Assembly (NCBI RefSeq): GCF_006345805.1
Contig: NC_043015.1
Location: 12,524,001 to 12,588,000 of the forward strand
DNA: 64,000 nucleotides
Direction of reading: 5' to 3'
From: Octopus sinensis
Lineage: Eukaryota
Part shown: in pieces, positions 1 through 12,584 of the stretch
Numbering within the stretch: the stretch's first letter is position 1
Layout of the letters: every line of letters starts with the position of its first letter
Made by a program: the position numbers and the translations under genes
The notes under the pieces: generated by a model
What the model saw: only the letters and a program-made list of their open reading frames with translations
Database searches by the model: none
What the model was told of the DNA's origin: nothing

Positions 1-904
1 AATGAAATGGTAAATAGAATAAAATAAGAGGGTAATAAAAGAAATAATGGAAATCATCATCATTGTTTAGCGTCTGTTTTCCATGCTGGTGTAGGTTGGA
101 CAGTTTTACAAGAGCAAGCCATGCAGGAGCCTGCACTAGATTTCTGTGTTTGTTTTGGCATATTGATTTCAAAATTTGGCACTATGCCAGCAATTTCGAG
201 GAAGGGGTAAATCAATTACATCAACCCCAGTGTTCAACTAGTACTTATTTTGTTGACCTCAAAAGGATGAAAGGCAAAGTCGACCTTGGTGGAATTTGAA
301 CTCAGAATGTAAAGACAGACAAGATGCTGCTAAGCATTTTGCCTTGCATGCTAACAATTCTACCAGCTCACTGCCTGAAGTAATGGAAATATTAAAATGA
401 TGGAAACTACTAATATTTGGCAAGATACTTGTTATCTTGAATTTAAAAATGTGAACACAATGGTAAAAAGAGTTTATTTCATAACTCAGCTGTTCTGGGA
501 AATGAAGTCTTGTGCATAGAACTAGAAATGTGTCTGAGATACCAGGAAGCACAGATGTGATTTGTTAAATATGGCATCCCAGACTGGTACAATTAGAGAT
601 TGATGCTCATCTGAGCATCTTCCATAGATTTAACAGTAGACAAAGGTCAGACTTTTAGCAACATTCCATTGATGATAGAGTAGTTGGAGTGATAAATACT
701 AGACTCTATTCACTTCCGCACTGTCAAGAGTGAATAGTATCTGTTCAGAGAAAGTCACTCAAAGGTATGAGCAAGGCTTCATTTTGAGATTGATCTGGTT
801 CTTGTAGAGACACAATAGAGATTCAGGTGTTAGGAACTGTTTTGAATTGTAGAAAGAGCCTACCACTCTAGTGGCGATAATTGTGATATATATATTTATA
901 TACC

Positions 905-1400
905 TTTGTTGATAACAAAGGGCTTCTCCTTCAATGAAAGGCAGATTGTATGATGCCTGTGTGCAAACAACCATGCTACATGGCAGTAAAACATGGGCTG
1001 TGGCTGCAGAGGACATGCAAAAGCTTGAAAGAAATGAGATTAGCATACTCTATTGGATGTACAACAGAATGGTGTAAGTATCGTAATAGAAAACCTTAGT
1101 ATAAGAGGCATCAGATGTAGTATGCAAGAGAGAAGCTGGTATGGACAAGGGCAGCTGTGTACAGAAGTACCGATCTCTAACTGTGGAGGGAACTTTTTGA
1201 GGAGGTAGACCCAGGAAGATGTAGGACATGGTGATGAAATATGATCTTTGGTTGTTGAGTCTCATGGAGGCAATGGCAAGTGACCGAGGCTTCTGGCGAT
1301 TTGCTGTGTTTGAGAAGACATGTCAAGCCGAATGAAGTCATGGCCAGTGCCAGTGACACATAAAAGGCACCCATGTTAGTGACAGATACTGGACATCCAG
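905..1400 (+). mobile_element. RTE-clade LINE 3' fragment (RT-distal region), degenerate
   Basis: Interrupted translation MKGRLYDACVQTTMLHGSKTWAVAAEDMQKLERNE...GGRPRKM, followed by the (GAT)n-ending tail family near 1385-1560. Confidence 0.8.
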
Positions 1401-1816
1401 TACACTATGTAAACTGGTTGTTATTAGGAAGGGCACCTAGCCAGAGAAGACGACTGGAGCCTGGTGCAGCTCTCCAGCTGACCAACTCTAGACAAACCAT
1501 CTAATCTATGCCAACATGGAAAACAGTGGCATTGGCATTGGCCACAACTATGATTTCCATTTATGATTTTGGTCTTAATTGACTCGGTAGGTCTTCTCAA
1601 GTGCAGCATATCACCCGACAGTTCAAGGATACTTTTAAATGGGCTGTTGATTAGTGTGTTAAAATGTTGAGTAGAGCACCGGCACAGTTTAAGCTACCTG
1701 TTGTTATCCACACTTGTGGTACACTCCCGTTGGATCTACTTCAGGAACTCCACAGTGGTAGTTAGGGTAATAGTAATAATTAAAAGTAGATGGATTTCGT
1801 ATTAGACTTTCATTAG

Positions 1817-1861
1817 GTACAACATATGTTTTGACCCATCAGTCTGGGTCTCTTCAGGTAC
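1817..1861 (-). ncRNA. Decayed minimal type I hammerhead ribozyme (Penelope-like element type)
   Basis: Minus strand reads GTAC-CTGAAGA-GACCCA(GACTGA)TGGGTC-AAAA-CATATG-TT-GTAC: stem I, CUGANGA core, 6-bp stem II and palindromic stem III ACATATGT. The GAAA core reads AAAA. Confidence 0.7.
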
Positions 1862-2109
1862 ACTGATAAAGATGTCTCACTAGAGATTTTTAGTGTCAGC
1901 TGGCTTGTTATTATATGCCCATCAAGTTTGGGGATGAATAAATGCAAATATAGGAATGCAAAAAAATTCAAATATGAATGTGGAAATCTTGCATTCCAGT
2001 TTAAATAAAATGACCTACACTACACAAAGATATATATACATACATATACACATATATAGCATCCCTTTTCTCATTCATAAATAAATATATATATATAGAG
2101 AGAGAGAGA

Positions 2110-2610
2110 GAGTGTGTAGCGACTAGAGTAAAAGTTCAGGGAGCTCCTACCTCCGCTAGCAACTAAAGGCTCCTTGCTCAGAGTGAAAGGTAGACTGTAT
2201 GATGCATATGTGTGAACTGCCATACTACACAGCAGTGAAACTTGGGCCATTGAATGCTGAAGACATGCATAGGCTTGAAAGAAATGAAGCTAGTATGATT
2301 TGCTGGATGTGTAATGTCAATGTGCATACACAACAGATTGTAAGCGCCCTGAGAGAAAAGTTGGGCATAAGAAGCATCAAATGTGGTGTGCAAGAGAGAC
2401 GACTACACTGGTATGGCCATGTGTTACGTATGATTGAAGACAGCTGTGTGAGGAAGTGCCACTTCCTAACTGTAGAAGAGGCAGACCCAGGAAGGTATGG
2501 GATGAGGTGGTGAAGCATGACCTTCGAACACTGGGCCTCACAGAAGCAATGACAGGAAACCGGGACCTTTGTAGATACACTGTGATTGAAAGACCCAGCA
2601 ACTAAAGTGA
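2110..2610 (+). mobile_element. RTE-clade LINE 3' fragment
   Basis: ORF 2199-2513 LNAEDMHRLERNEASMICWMCNV...LREKLGIRSIKCGVQERRLHWYGHVLRM, typical of the RTE ORF C-terminus. Confidence 0.85.
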
Positions 2611-3626
2611 GATGGCAGCCACTATTGGCTGCTATTTCTAGCATGCTCTGCTACCATGTAATAGCTGTTTTCTTTCCATTTATTTGTTCCACTTTATGGA
2701 AGTCAATATTTTCTCTATTGACATCCACATCAGTTAATTTTGCTTTTCTCCCAGTTCTGTGCTTTCTGGAAGAAAAGCCCTTACATTATCTCAAAGCTAC
2801 GAGAATTCACTAACATGATTTTTTAAAAAGATTTCATAGAGGAATTAGATACAATGGGTTTTGGCTGGTTTAAACACTAAAGGGTTAAAAGTGCCAAAAC
2901 TATAAAATAAGCTTTTTTTGGTCTTTTTGAAGGCTTTAGAACCAAAAAAACTATAGTTATTTTTTCTGCTTTAGAGTTAAAAAATGCTGATTTTATAGTT
3001 TTAAACTTTGAAGGGCCTAAAAAAAGCTGATTTCATAGTTTGGGGTCCTCTTTTAGCTTTTTAAAGAGCCAGAAAAGGGTAAAAAAAACTCCAATGAAAC
3101 CCAATATTAGTATTAAACTGAAAAAAGTTTATTGATAAAGTGGCTGTAAAAAGAAAAAAAATATAATGAAAAACACGGTATATAAATGGCGGTGCCCCAG
3201 CATGGCCACAGCTAGTGAGCTGAAACTAGATAAATAAAAAAAAATAATTTTTAAATACATAATTCTTTCCGTGACATAACGAGGTCACAGATTAAGTGGA
3301 AACACATCAGTCACTGTTCCCTCTTGACAGGACAAAGAAATTTCCTGCTGTCTTTGCAAGCAACATGCGGATGGATTTGGTTTCAAATCCAGGCAAGGCC
3401 AAACAAGGTCCTACAAGTTATTTATAATAATAGGTGGCGTTATATCAGGGTTGAAAGAATGACACATACAATATTAAATATGCTAAGACAATCTGAAAAC
3501 AATAGAAACTTTTAAACATTTACCGGATTTTATGAAATTTTGGGGTTAATGGAAGTTACATTATCCGATAATGATTTCCAAAGTTAACTTGAAAGTTAAA
3601 TCGTTAATGAAATTGTTACCTTCATT

Positions 3627-4859
3627 GGATCTGTTCAGTTTGGCTCACAGAGTTTTTAATTAAATTTTTTTAACTAAACAGTTTGAAATTTCATATACTG
3701 ATGGAATGTTTCACGCAGAACACAGTTTACTTGGAACATTTTTTCACAAAATTTGGTATTTTAGTAGTTAGTTCGTGTTAGAGTTGTATTTGAGTAATTT
3801 CAACCAATCGAAGACGTATATTCAGTTGAAGAAAGCTACGGCTGTTTGTGATAGTAATTGAAGAGGAACAACTTCGAGGTCATCTTTACTAAATGTTTGT
3901 TTACTGCCTGCATTAAACTTTCTTTCTTTTTTTTTGGTTCTCACTTCTGAGTAACCAGTAAACGTCAAAGAATCAACACCAAGAAGGAAGAAATATTATT
4001 TACATATATTTAGTTGGCGTTAGGAAGGGCATCCAGCTGTAGAAACACTGCCAGATCTGACTGGCCTGGTGCAGCCTTCGGGCTTGCCAGACCCCAGTTG
4101 AACCGTCCAATCCATGCTAGCATGGAAAGCGGATGTTAAACGATGATGATGATTTATTCATTTGCTTGACTTCAGTGTTTTATCCACACATAAAGCGCAC
4201 CAGTGTTTAAATGACCTATAGAGCTACTAGTCTGCAGCTAGCTTTTTTGTTGTTGACGTGTATGTAGTTTCAAAATGCCTTCTTTTACAACTACGAGATA
4301 TATTGTTATTGTCATGATTTTATCTTACTATAATCAACATCAAATACATTTTGTCAATATAAAAGCCTTTATTAGATTATAAATAACATTATCAAAACAT
4401 AAAGATAAAACAAAACAAAACAAATAGCAGCTTATACACTGGAAAATATGGTAATTGTTGTGGCAGTGACAAGTTCACTCGCTGGTTGCTAGTTGATAGT
4501 GTAGAAGGGAGGGAAAGGGTAAGGAATGCATAGTGCTGACTAGAAATGATAAAGGCAGCATTATCTTCACTCGACATATGAATAGAACATAGTGGTAATA
4601 TTTAGTAGAGATGATCCGGATGTTGTTCCTCTTCAATTACTATCACAAACAGCAATAGCTCTCTTCAACTGAATACATGCTGTTGATTGGTCGAAATTAC
4701 CCAAATATGACAACTTTAATATGAAATAACTTCTAAAATACCAAACTATGTGAAAAATGTTCTAAGTAAACTGTTCTGTGTGAGCCATTCCACCAGTATA
4801 TGAAGTTTCAAACTGTTAAACAATTTTTTTTAAATCTGAGAGCCAAACTGAACAGATTC
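3627..4859. mobile_element. Non-autonomous DNA transposon with ~270-bp TIRs starting GGATC (Merlin- or MULE-like), containing an RTE-tail insert
   Basis: About 3627-3895 is the reverse complement of about 4590-4859. Degenerate 8-bp TSD ccttcatt/actttgtt. A paralogous empty site lies at 47086-47093. Confidence 0.75.
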
Positions 4860-4911
4860 ACTTTGTTAATTAATAATTAACAGACTTACACCCAACTCTG
4901 TCTGTATGCGT

Positions 4912-4963
<52 letters not shown>

Positions 4964-4995
4964 TATATATATATATGTGTGTGTGTGTGTCTATA

Positions 4996-5033
4996 CTAGT
5001 AGAAAACCGCCTGGAGGGCGGTCTTTCTGCTAG
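4996..5033. repeat. GC-cored hairpin bounded by CTAG (Helitron/Helentron-type terminal structure)
   Basis: CTAGTAGAAAACCGCC-TGGAG-GGCGGTCTTTCTGCTAG forms a near-perfect ~16-bp stem. Confidence 0.5.
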
Positions 5034-5989
5034 CCCCTTGATAATATTTCACATTTGATTCCCAATTTTAATAATTTTTATGATATTTTACCTCTAATTA
5101 TTTCTTTGTATGATAGTGCTCACTTCCTTAGTAAATAATTCTTCCATTATTTTATCACAGTCCTCTCTCTTTTTTTTAAACCATGCATGGGCATCCTGCA
5201 GCCCTCAAGATGTTGTGTGACCCTTGAGTTCCTAGGTTACTAATTTGCAGCATATCCTAAGCATATTCTACCAAATATTGAAAATATGGTAAAGAATGTG
5301 AATGTGCAAAAATCTTATTGATACAGATAATGAGATTTCTTAATAAAATATCAGTGTTTTTTTTGGGTTTTTTTTACATCAATATTTTAAACTATAATTT
5401 ATTTACACTAGTAATCATCATTATCATCATTAGGAAATAATGAAAGAGATGCCAGCTTTATGTAAACTTTCATACTAAGACAAATAAAATTAAGAAGAAC
5501 TGCAAAAAATTTAGTGTAAAGTGAGCAAGTAATATTTCATGCTTATGTTTTATCATGCGGCCCTCTCCCACTTGGAAATGGTACGATGTGGCCCCCAGTT
5601 GACGAAAAATTTTCCATCCCTGTTTTAATATCATGATAGTCCAACAACAGAGATAGAAGCATTTTGTCAAATTTTATCTTCTCCTCAAATCAACATAGAG
5701 ATTTCAATTCAGCAGCCCATCTGTAAGCTTTGCAGTGTGTGTGTATGTGAGAGAGAGAACATTGAAAACAATGAAGGAAATAAACATGAAATGAAAAGGT
5801 CGAGTAAATAAACAGTATTACTACAGAACACTACACTTGATTTTCTCCCCTCCATACACACACAAGCATGTTCACTTTCCAGACATTTCTACATTACTGC
5901 ATGTACTTTATATGCACTTTCTGACAAGTTGTGGTGCACCTGAGCACTGTATACAATAATTTCATTATTATTATTATATGTATATGCCC

Positions 5990-7200
5990 CCAATTGTGTT
6001 GCCTCATAACATCCAGAAAAATGGATACTTTTAAACAAAATTTTCTACAAATACCGCTGAGATGTTGTGGCTTCAGAGAATATAGAGATTTATGGGAAAG
6101 AACTTTTCCTATAGAGGTGGAGAGAAGAGTTTCAGAAAATTCACATAATCTGAATTTTTTCCCTCATAATTTTCAGGAAAATGGGTATCTTTTAATGAAA
6201 GTTTATACAAATCTCTTTAAAACGGTGTAGATTACGATTGTAAAGAAATTTGTGGGGAAAAATGTTTTTGAGGATTTTCCCAAATGATGAGTGTGGGGAG
6301 CATCTTTGTATGAAAAATCTTGAAAACTCTTTATTTTTTAGACCCACCCCCCACTCATCATCCCACTCAAGACCTATTTTGGCCAATTTTTTTTGCACTT
6401 CAAAACAATGGGAAAAGGCATTTCAATAAAAAAAAACTTGTTAATATTTTCAGAGGGAGGAGTGATTTAAGAGCAATTTGGCTGTTGTTTCTAGCACATC
6501 CAAAGACAAACCTCCTTGTTTCTTTATCACTCTCACATGTATTGATATTTTCCAATATTTTTTCCCCCCAAAAAATACATTTATATATTATAAAAAAAAG
6601 AAAATTTGAGAAATTACGAATTTTTTGCAACCATATTCCTTGCCCCCTATTGTTTCTGTTTAGAGATTAAAATATTGGAGAGCCTGAGAAATTCATTGCT
6701 GGCACTTATCCTCAGTGATTAAAAACAAAAGAGTTAATTAAACACTAATTCATTTTAATAACAGACTTTTTGGTTAGTAAATGTTTTTTCTTACACACAG
6801 CTTTGATTGAGGTGGGGGTAAAAAATTAGATTACAATATATTTTATTGCACCAGTGGACCATGCGTGTGTTACTTTCGCATCATTGTTCCATAAAATATG
6901 TTTATGGGAGAAAAGTGTTGAAAAAATATCAATACATGAAAGAGTGAAAAGGAAAGATGGTTTGGGTTGTGCTAGAAACAACAGCGAAACTTCCCTTGAA
7001 TTGTTTACCTTTTCCTCTGAAAATATTTACAATTTGTTTTTGCTTTTACTGAAAAGCCTCTTCCCACAGTTTTTAAGTTAAAAAAGAAAATGGCCAAAAT
7101 CAGTCCAGATAGTTATTGTAAGGCTTATAGCATTCCAAACAGCCATAACAACAAAATCACTTTAAGATTTATTTTACAAAAGTTATATGGGTATTTTTTT
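5990..7200. repeat. Dispersed AT-rich repeat family, two copies in inverted orientation; homologues at about 45520-46230 and 63600-63720
   Basis: About 6430-6570 is the reverse complement of about 6895-7050 (gctgttgtttctagcacatcc / gctagaaacaacagc). The same motifs recur at 46020-46160. Confidence 0.65.
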
Positions 7201-9589
7201 TAAAATTTTCATTCATAAATAATGTTTTTACATTACATATACATTAATAGAATAAACTGTCAGTTTTCCAAATAACAAATTAAAACTTGAAAGAGAAAGT
7301 GAGAGACTTTGCAAATGAAAATGGAATACACCGCAGTGAATGTAATGAATATTTAAATTTGTGAAGAATTGGATGTAGTGAATGTAATATTTAAATTTGC
7401 AAGAAATTGGAGTGGAAAAATTCAATAAACTTGAGAAATCAAAATTATAGGAAATTTCTTAGAACATGAATTTATAAAAAATATCTCCAAATGTTCAACC
7501 CTTTATAAGTTGCTTTCTTTTAGTACTTTTAGTAACTGTTACATGCCTAATTAATAAGCAGCTTTCTCCATTATAGTATAGATATAGGTATCTATCTGTC
7601 TGTCTGTCTGTCTGTGTGTGTGTTTTAGATGAGCAATATTTTGAAATCAAAAATGTGTAATATTTAATTTCATGTATTTTTAAATGTATGTGTGTGAGTG
7701 AGTTTGTTGAAGTAAACATAATTCTTGATAAAAATTTGCACAGTGATTTGAGAACAAAACCTTTACTACATTTCACCTGCACGTAATGTCTCAGACTGCC
7801 ACTCACTACCACTTCATCTGTTGTTTAATCTCCTTCTACCAGCATGACTGATGAGGCACGAATTGCATTTTATTATTTGCAAGATGAATTCTAAAATTAG
7901 CTGAGTCAGAAATTTGTAAGGAAAAGGTATTGTTGATTGAATTAACCCCAGTACTCAGCTGGTACTGATTTATTATTGAACCTCAATAATTAAAAAGTTA
8001 ATAAAATGTTGTTCCCCACCCACACTAAGGGAGATCTGAACTCTCAACATAAAGCTATGCAAACTGTATGATTTATGACATTAATCTCTAATCCGCCATC
8101 CACTTACCTCCTAAAATATATGATATATTGACTCTTTAAAATTTAGATTACTCTGTCAAATGTAATATTTATTTGCATTGATTTAATTAATTGTGCATTA
8201 TCTTGTAGTTTTGAGATTTTGATTATGTGACTTTATTTTTCAAGTGACATTGTAGGATAGGTGTGAGAAGCTGGGTTTTGCCAGTTAGAATGTAAAACAG
8301 CTGGAATATTGTGGTCAGATACGGCTGGTTTAAATACTAACAATGAATTGAATAAAAGTAATAATAGCAATGGTAATAATGATGGTAGGAGCAGCAACTG
8401 CTGCTTGTATGGGTGCAAGGCCAGTATCTTTAAAGGAAAGAGTTGATGCTATTGACCTAAGTATTTAACTGGTACTTTATTAACCCTGAAAGGATGAAAG
8501 CAAAGTTGACCTCAGCAGTATTTAAAATAAGGTGAAGAGCTAGATCAAATAATCCTTTCTGCTGGAAGCACAATGCCTCAAATTTGGGGTAAGGGATTAA
8601 GTCAATTACATCGCCCCCAGTGTGCAACTTGCACTTATTTAATCGACCCCGAAAGAATGAAAGGCAAAGTCGACCTTGGCAGAATTTGAACTCAAAATGT
8701 AAAGACAGATGAAATACCGTTAAGCACTTTGCCCAGCATGCTAATGATTCTGCTAGCTCGCTGCTTTGAGTTGGATTAAATAATGCAAAACATTTTTTTG
8801 TTATGCTCTAATGATTCTACTAGCTAACTACCTTAACAGTAATAATAATTTCTTATGTAAGAATGTTTAAAGATGAGGTACCCTTATTGACTTGACCCCA
8901 ATAGATGACCACTTATTTCATTCACTCTTGAGAGATAGGAAGCAAAGTCGATTTGAATTTAAAATGCAATGAGATGAAATTAAATATTGTTAGGCGTTCA
9001 GCCTGATACTCTGTTATTTTTATTACTCTGTAATCCAGAAGATAGTCTTATAAAGAAAACACATTCTTTAAAAAAGGCTGTTGATAAAACAGTACACAGA
9101 AGCTATTACTGTCCCTAATTTAGGGTCACAATAACTACATGTGAATATGTATATGTTAAACATTTTACAAAAATAATTTTTTAAAAATCCTATTTATGCA
9201 AGGTTGGCTTGCTTTATTGATGTGAACAAACTGTTTTTCCATTTGACCTATCACCATTAGCTAGGTCCTGGAGGAGTAGTTTTCCCACTACAAACGGGTC
9301 TATGGTAGGTTCCTAAATTTGAACTCAGTGAACCAGAGGAAGTACTATAAGGCATTTTATTCCAATCTTAAAGAAAACGATAATAGTTTCTGGTTTAGGC
9401 TGAAGGCCAGCATTTTTGTAGTGAAGAGTTTAGTTGATACCATTAATCTTCTGCTTAACTGCTACTTTTATTTTATGAACCCCAAAGAGATGAAAGGGAA
9501 AGCTTAGCTTGACAGGATTTGAATAGAGAGCATAAAGTGCTGAAAGCAATACCATAAGGCATGACTGTAGGTAAAAGTGCATTGGGATG

Positions 9590-10050
9590 TTAACCAAGTG
9601 TCTGGATTCAAAGTAGCAGAAAAGTGCTATGAACACAAGCCAGATGTTGTGATTAGAGAATAAGAATTAAGGATTTAATGAAATTTCTCCATGAAGGTTG
9701 ACCATACTATTAAAGCAAGAAGACCAAATATGATTTTAGAGGATAAAAGAAACAGTGTTAAACTACCATATGATAATAGAGTGGTTACGAAGAGAATTGA
9801 AAAATTTGAGAAATCTCAGGACTTAGCCAGAGCAATGAAGAAATTGTGGTAGACTAAGATAATTATTATTCCTGTGGTAATTAGTGCACTTGGCAAAACA
9901 CCTGAACTACTACCTAAGAGGCTGACAGATTTTGATATCAACACTCATTGTTGACTTACAGAAAAGTGCAATCCTATATTCTGCAAAAATCTTGAGAAAT
10001 ATTCTTGAGATTTGAGGAAACTTGTCACCAAACCTCAAGATAACACCCCT
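9590..10050 (+). mobile_element. R4/Dong-clade non-LTR retrotransposon 3' relic (restriction-like endonuclease domain)
   Basis: Interrupted translation YEHKPDVVIRE...DHTIKARRPNMILEDK...EKSQDLARAMKKLW...IPVVISALGKTP...LQKSAILYSAKILRNIL, followed by a TAA-rich tail. Confidence 0.75.
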
Positions 10051-10589
10051 GCTAACTAATATAGCATGTGTTAGTTAATAACAATAGTAATAATGTTTCT
10101 AGTTTAGGTACAAGGTCAGCAATTTTGAGGGCAGAGGATTGGTCAATATCATTGACCCCAGCACTTGCATGTTATTTTGCTGACCACAAAAGGATGAAAG
10201 ACAAAGTTGATCTTGACAGGATTTGAACTTGGAACTTATAGATGTGGAGCAAATACTACAAGACATTTTTGTTGAATGCTCTAACAATTCTGCCAGCTCA
10301 TCACCTTAATAATAATTTTTAACTTTAGCACAAAACTACACTATTCTAGAGCAGGGTATAGTAAACTCAAATCAACCTCAGAATAAAGTCAATTTTGACA
10401 AAATTTAAATTGTGAAAGAAAAGAAATGTAACTAAATATCCACAAGCATTTTGACTTTAACATTACATTTTTTACGTTTTTTCTGCTCTTAATAATAATG
10501 ATGATAATGACACTAATCCTTTATTTATTGGCCAAAAGAGCCCATACATACAGTATAAAAACAAAACGTTCAGAAGACTCAAAATGCTT

Positions 10590-11160
10590 ATAGGGTTCCC
10601 TCAAAGGAGTTGTTAGCTTCTGTTACCTAGGTAACCTAACCAGCTGTGGTGATGCTCCGAATGCATGGTAGCTAAAGTAAGAGAAGTACGGGTAAAAGTT
10701 TAAGGAGCTTTTACCTCTGTTAGCAGTAAAGGGATTCTCTGAGGGCAGGTTGTATGGTGCTTGTATACTAATTGCATGGTAGCAAAACACAAGTATTGAA
10801 TGTGGAGGATGTTTGAAAAATGGAAAAGAATGAGGTGAGCATGTTCCATTGGATGTGTACTGTTAGTGTAAATGACTGATAGAGCACAAACGAGTCAATA
10901 GAAAAACTGAGTATAAGATAAAATGGCCATAGTTTGCCAGAGAGGAGACTGTACTGATGCATATGGAAGATGACAGCTGGATAAAGAAGCCAGGTGATCT
11001 GAGGGAAAGAACCTGCAGAAAGGATAAAGAAGACTTGGGAAGAAGTGAGGGCTGATCTCAAGATGGTGAATATCTTGAAGGAAACAAGGGACTGAAAAAA
11101 GTGGTGAGTAGCTGCATTAGAGAAGACCTGTCCAAACCATTCTAGCAGAGGAAACAGTAT
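10590..11160 (+). mobile_element. RTE-clade LINE 3' relic
   Basis: Degenerate SFCYLG...LLHGSKTQ...KIRPRKTWEEVRADLKM motifs, homologous to the other RTE copies in the window. Confidence 0.65.
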
Positions 11161-11355
11161 AAAATGGTAATAATAATTCTAGAAGTTACAGAGAATTTTT
11201 TTTTTTTAAGAAGCATTATCACACAATGCACTTATATTACATAAATATAAGGAAGACAAAATGCATTATATATACCCAAAGTACATAGAACTTCACTGGT
11301 GTGTGCATTGAGAGCACATTACCAACTGATAATAATAGTATTTGTAATTACTTAC

Positions 11356-11692
11356 CATTTGGGCAAATTGGACAGCATTCATCTTCAACATCTTCGAAAT
11401 CAACACAGTTAAGCTTAGGGCAAACAGTTGTGTTACATTTCATGTCACCATTTGCTGTACATGTACATTGCTTGCACGGTTCCTTACTCACCGTTTTTCC
11501 AATTGGTACAAAACCATCTTCTGTTTCACATCCTTGAATATCTTCATCATCAAAGGGTGCTGCTGTTGTTCCCAGATCCAGCTGACTTTCAATTGCTTCT
11601 AGATCCACCATAGGAGTTGGTGGTATCCCTTTTATAGGGGATATTCCCCAGGTGCAGTAGAGCAGAACAAAAACTATTGCTGAATGCTTCAT
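11356..11692 (-). CDS. Secreted VWC (von Willebrand factor type C) domain protein, first coding exon; downstream exon(s) not found
   Basis: Acceptor ttttcttttAG|TATC-ATG (exon starts 11696), signal peptide MKHSAIVFVLLYCTWG, acidic linker, ten Cys in VWC spacing (C..CxxCxC..C..C..C..CCxxC), and donor AATG|GTAAGT (phase 1). Confidence 0.88.
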
Positions 11693-12356
11693 GATACTAA
11701 AAGAAAAGTATTGTTAGAAAAATTGCTTGAATGTAACTATGTAGGTATATGTATATATTTGTGCAAAAGTAAAATATTGATGGCTTTCTTCCTTCACTTT
11801 CTATCTTTTTCTATAGAATGACAATTAATAGTATGTTGTTAGCTCTTTATATAGATTATTTTTCTGTTGTTGATTTGATAACCTTTTTACATTGTTCAAA
11901 TTAAAATGGATAGGCTGGGCTCTAGTTACCTTATTTTAGACTGAAACAGGTGTCTAAATTGATTTTACACAGTTGGCGTTCGTAAAGGAAGTTATTTTGT
12001 TTGTTAAGGATTTGAAACTTTTCCAATGTCATTTTTTTTTCTCATTTTCTTTAAAATGATTTGTCCATATCAAATGGCAGCCTATTTTATTTCTTTTTCT
12101 AAGATAATGTTACCATAGAATTATACCTTTTATCTTTTACTTGTTGCAGTCATTAGCCTGTGACCATGTTGGAGCACCACCTCAAAGAATTTTTAGTCAA
12201 ATGTTGTTTTTTTCCCCCCGATTTCATAGTGATCAGTGTTAATTTGGTTGGGAACAGACTTAAACATTAGCAACTTAATTCCTTCAGAGGAATGCATACA
12301 GAAATCGGCTCTCTATTACCATCTAGGTTTGGCATCAGTGCTTTGTGCAACCTTAA

Positions 12357-12576
12357 CCTTTTCATTACTATATTTATTTTGAGATACTCTGTGTTGCTTT
12401 CAATTACTTTAAATATAACAAAGAAATTAGTAAAATAACTTAGTTATCATTCAGCTAATATTAGGAAGATAAATTGTGACTAAAGTTTGGTGGAAGATTT
12501 TAATTCAAAACTTATGAAAACAAGACATTTGTATTCAGAACCAGAGCTGGTTTCAGCCGGGCTGGTATTGAAAGGG
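12357..12576. mobile_element. piggyBac-type MITE (220 bp) inserted at TTAA into the gypsy relic
   Basis: TTAA at 12353-56 and 12577-80. Termini CCTTTTCATTAC and GTATTGAAAGGG. Same length and sequence family as 41649-41868, in opposite orientation. Confidence 0.8.
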
Positions 12577-12584
12577 TTAAACAG

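Noticed and set aside
7780-7910. Candidate second VWC exon on the minus strand
   Set aside because: The phase-1 frame contains no VWC cysteine pattern and stops early, and other frames also stop.
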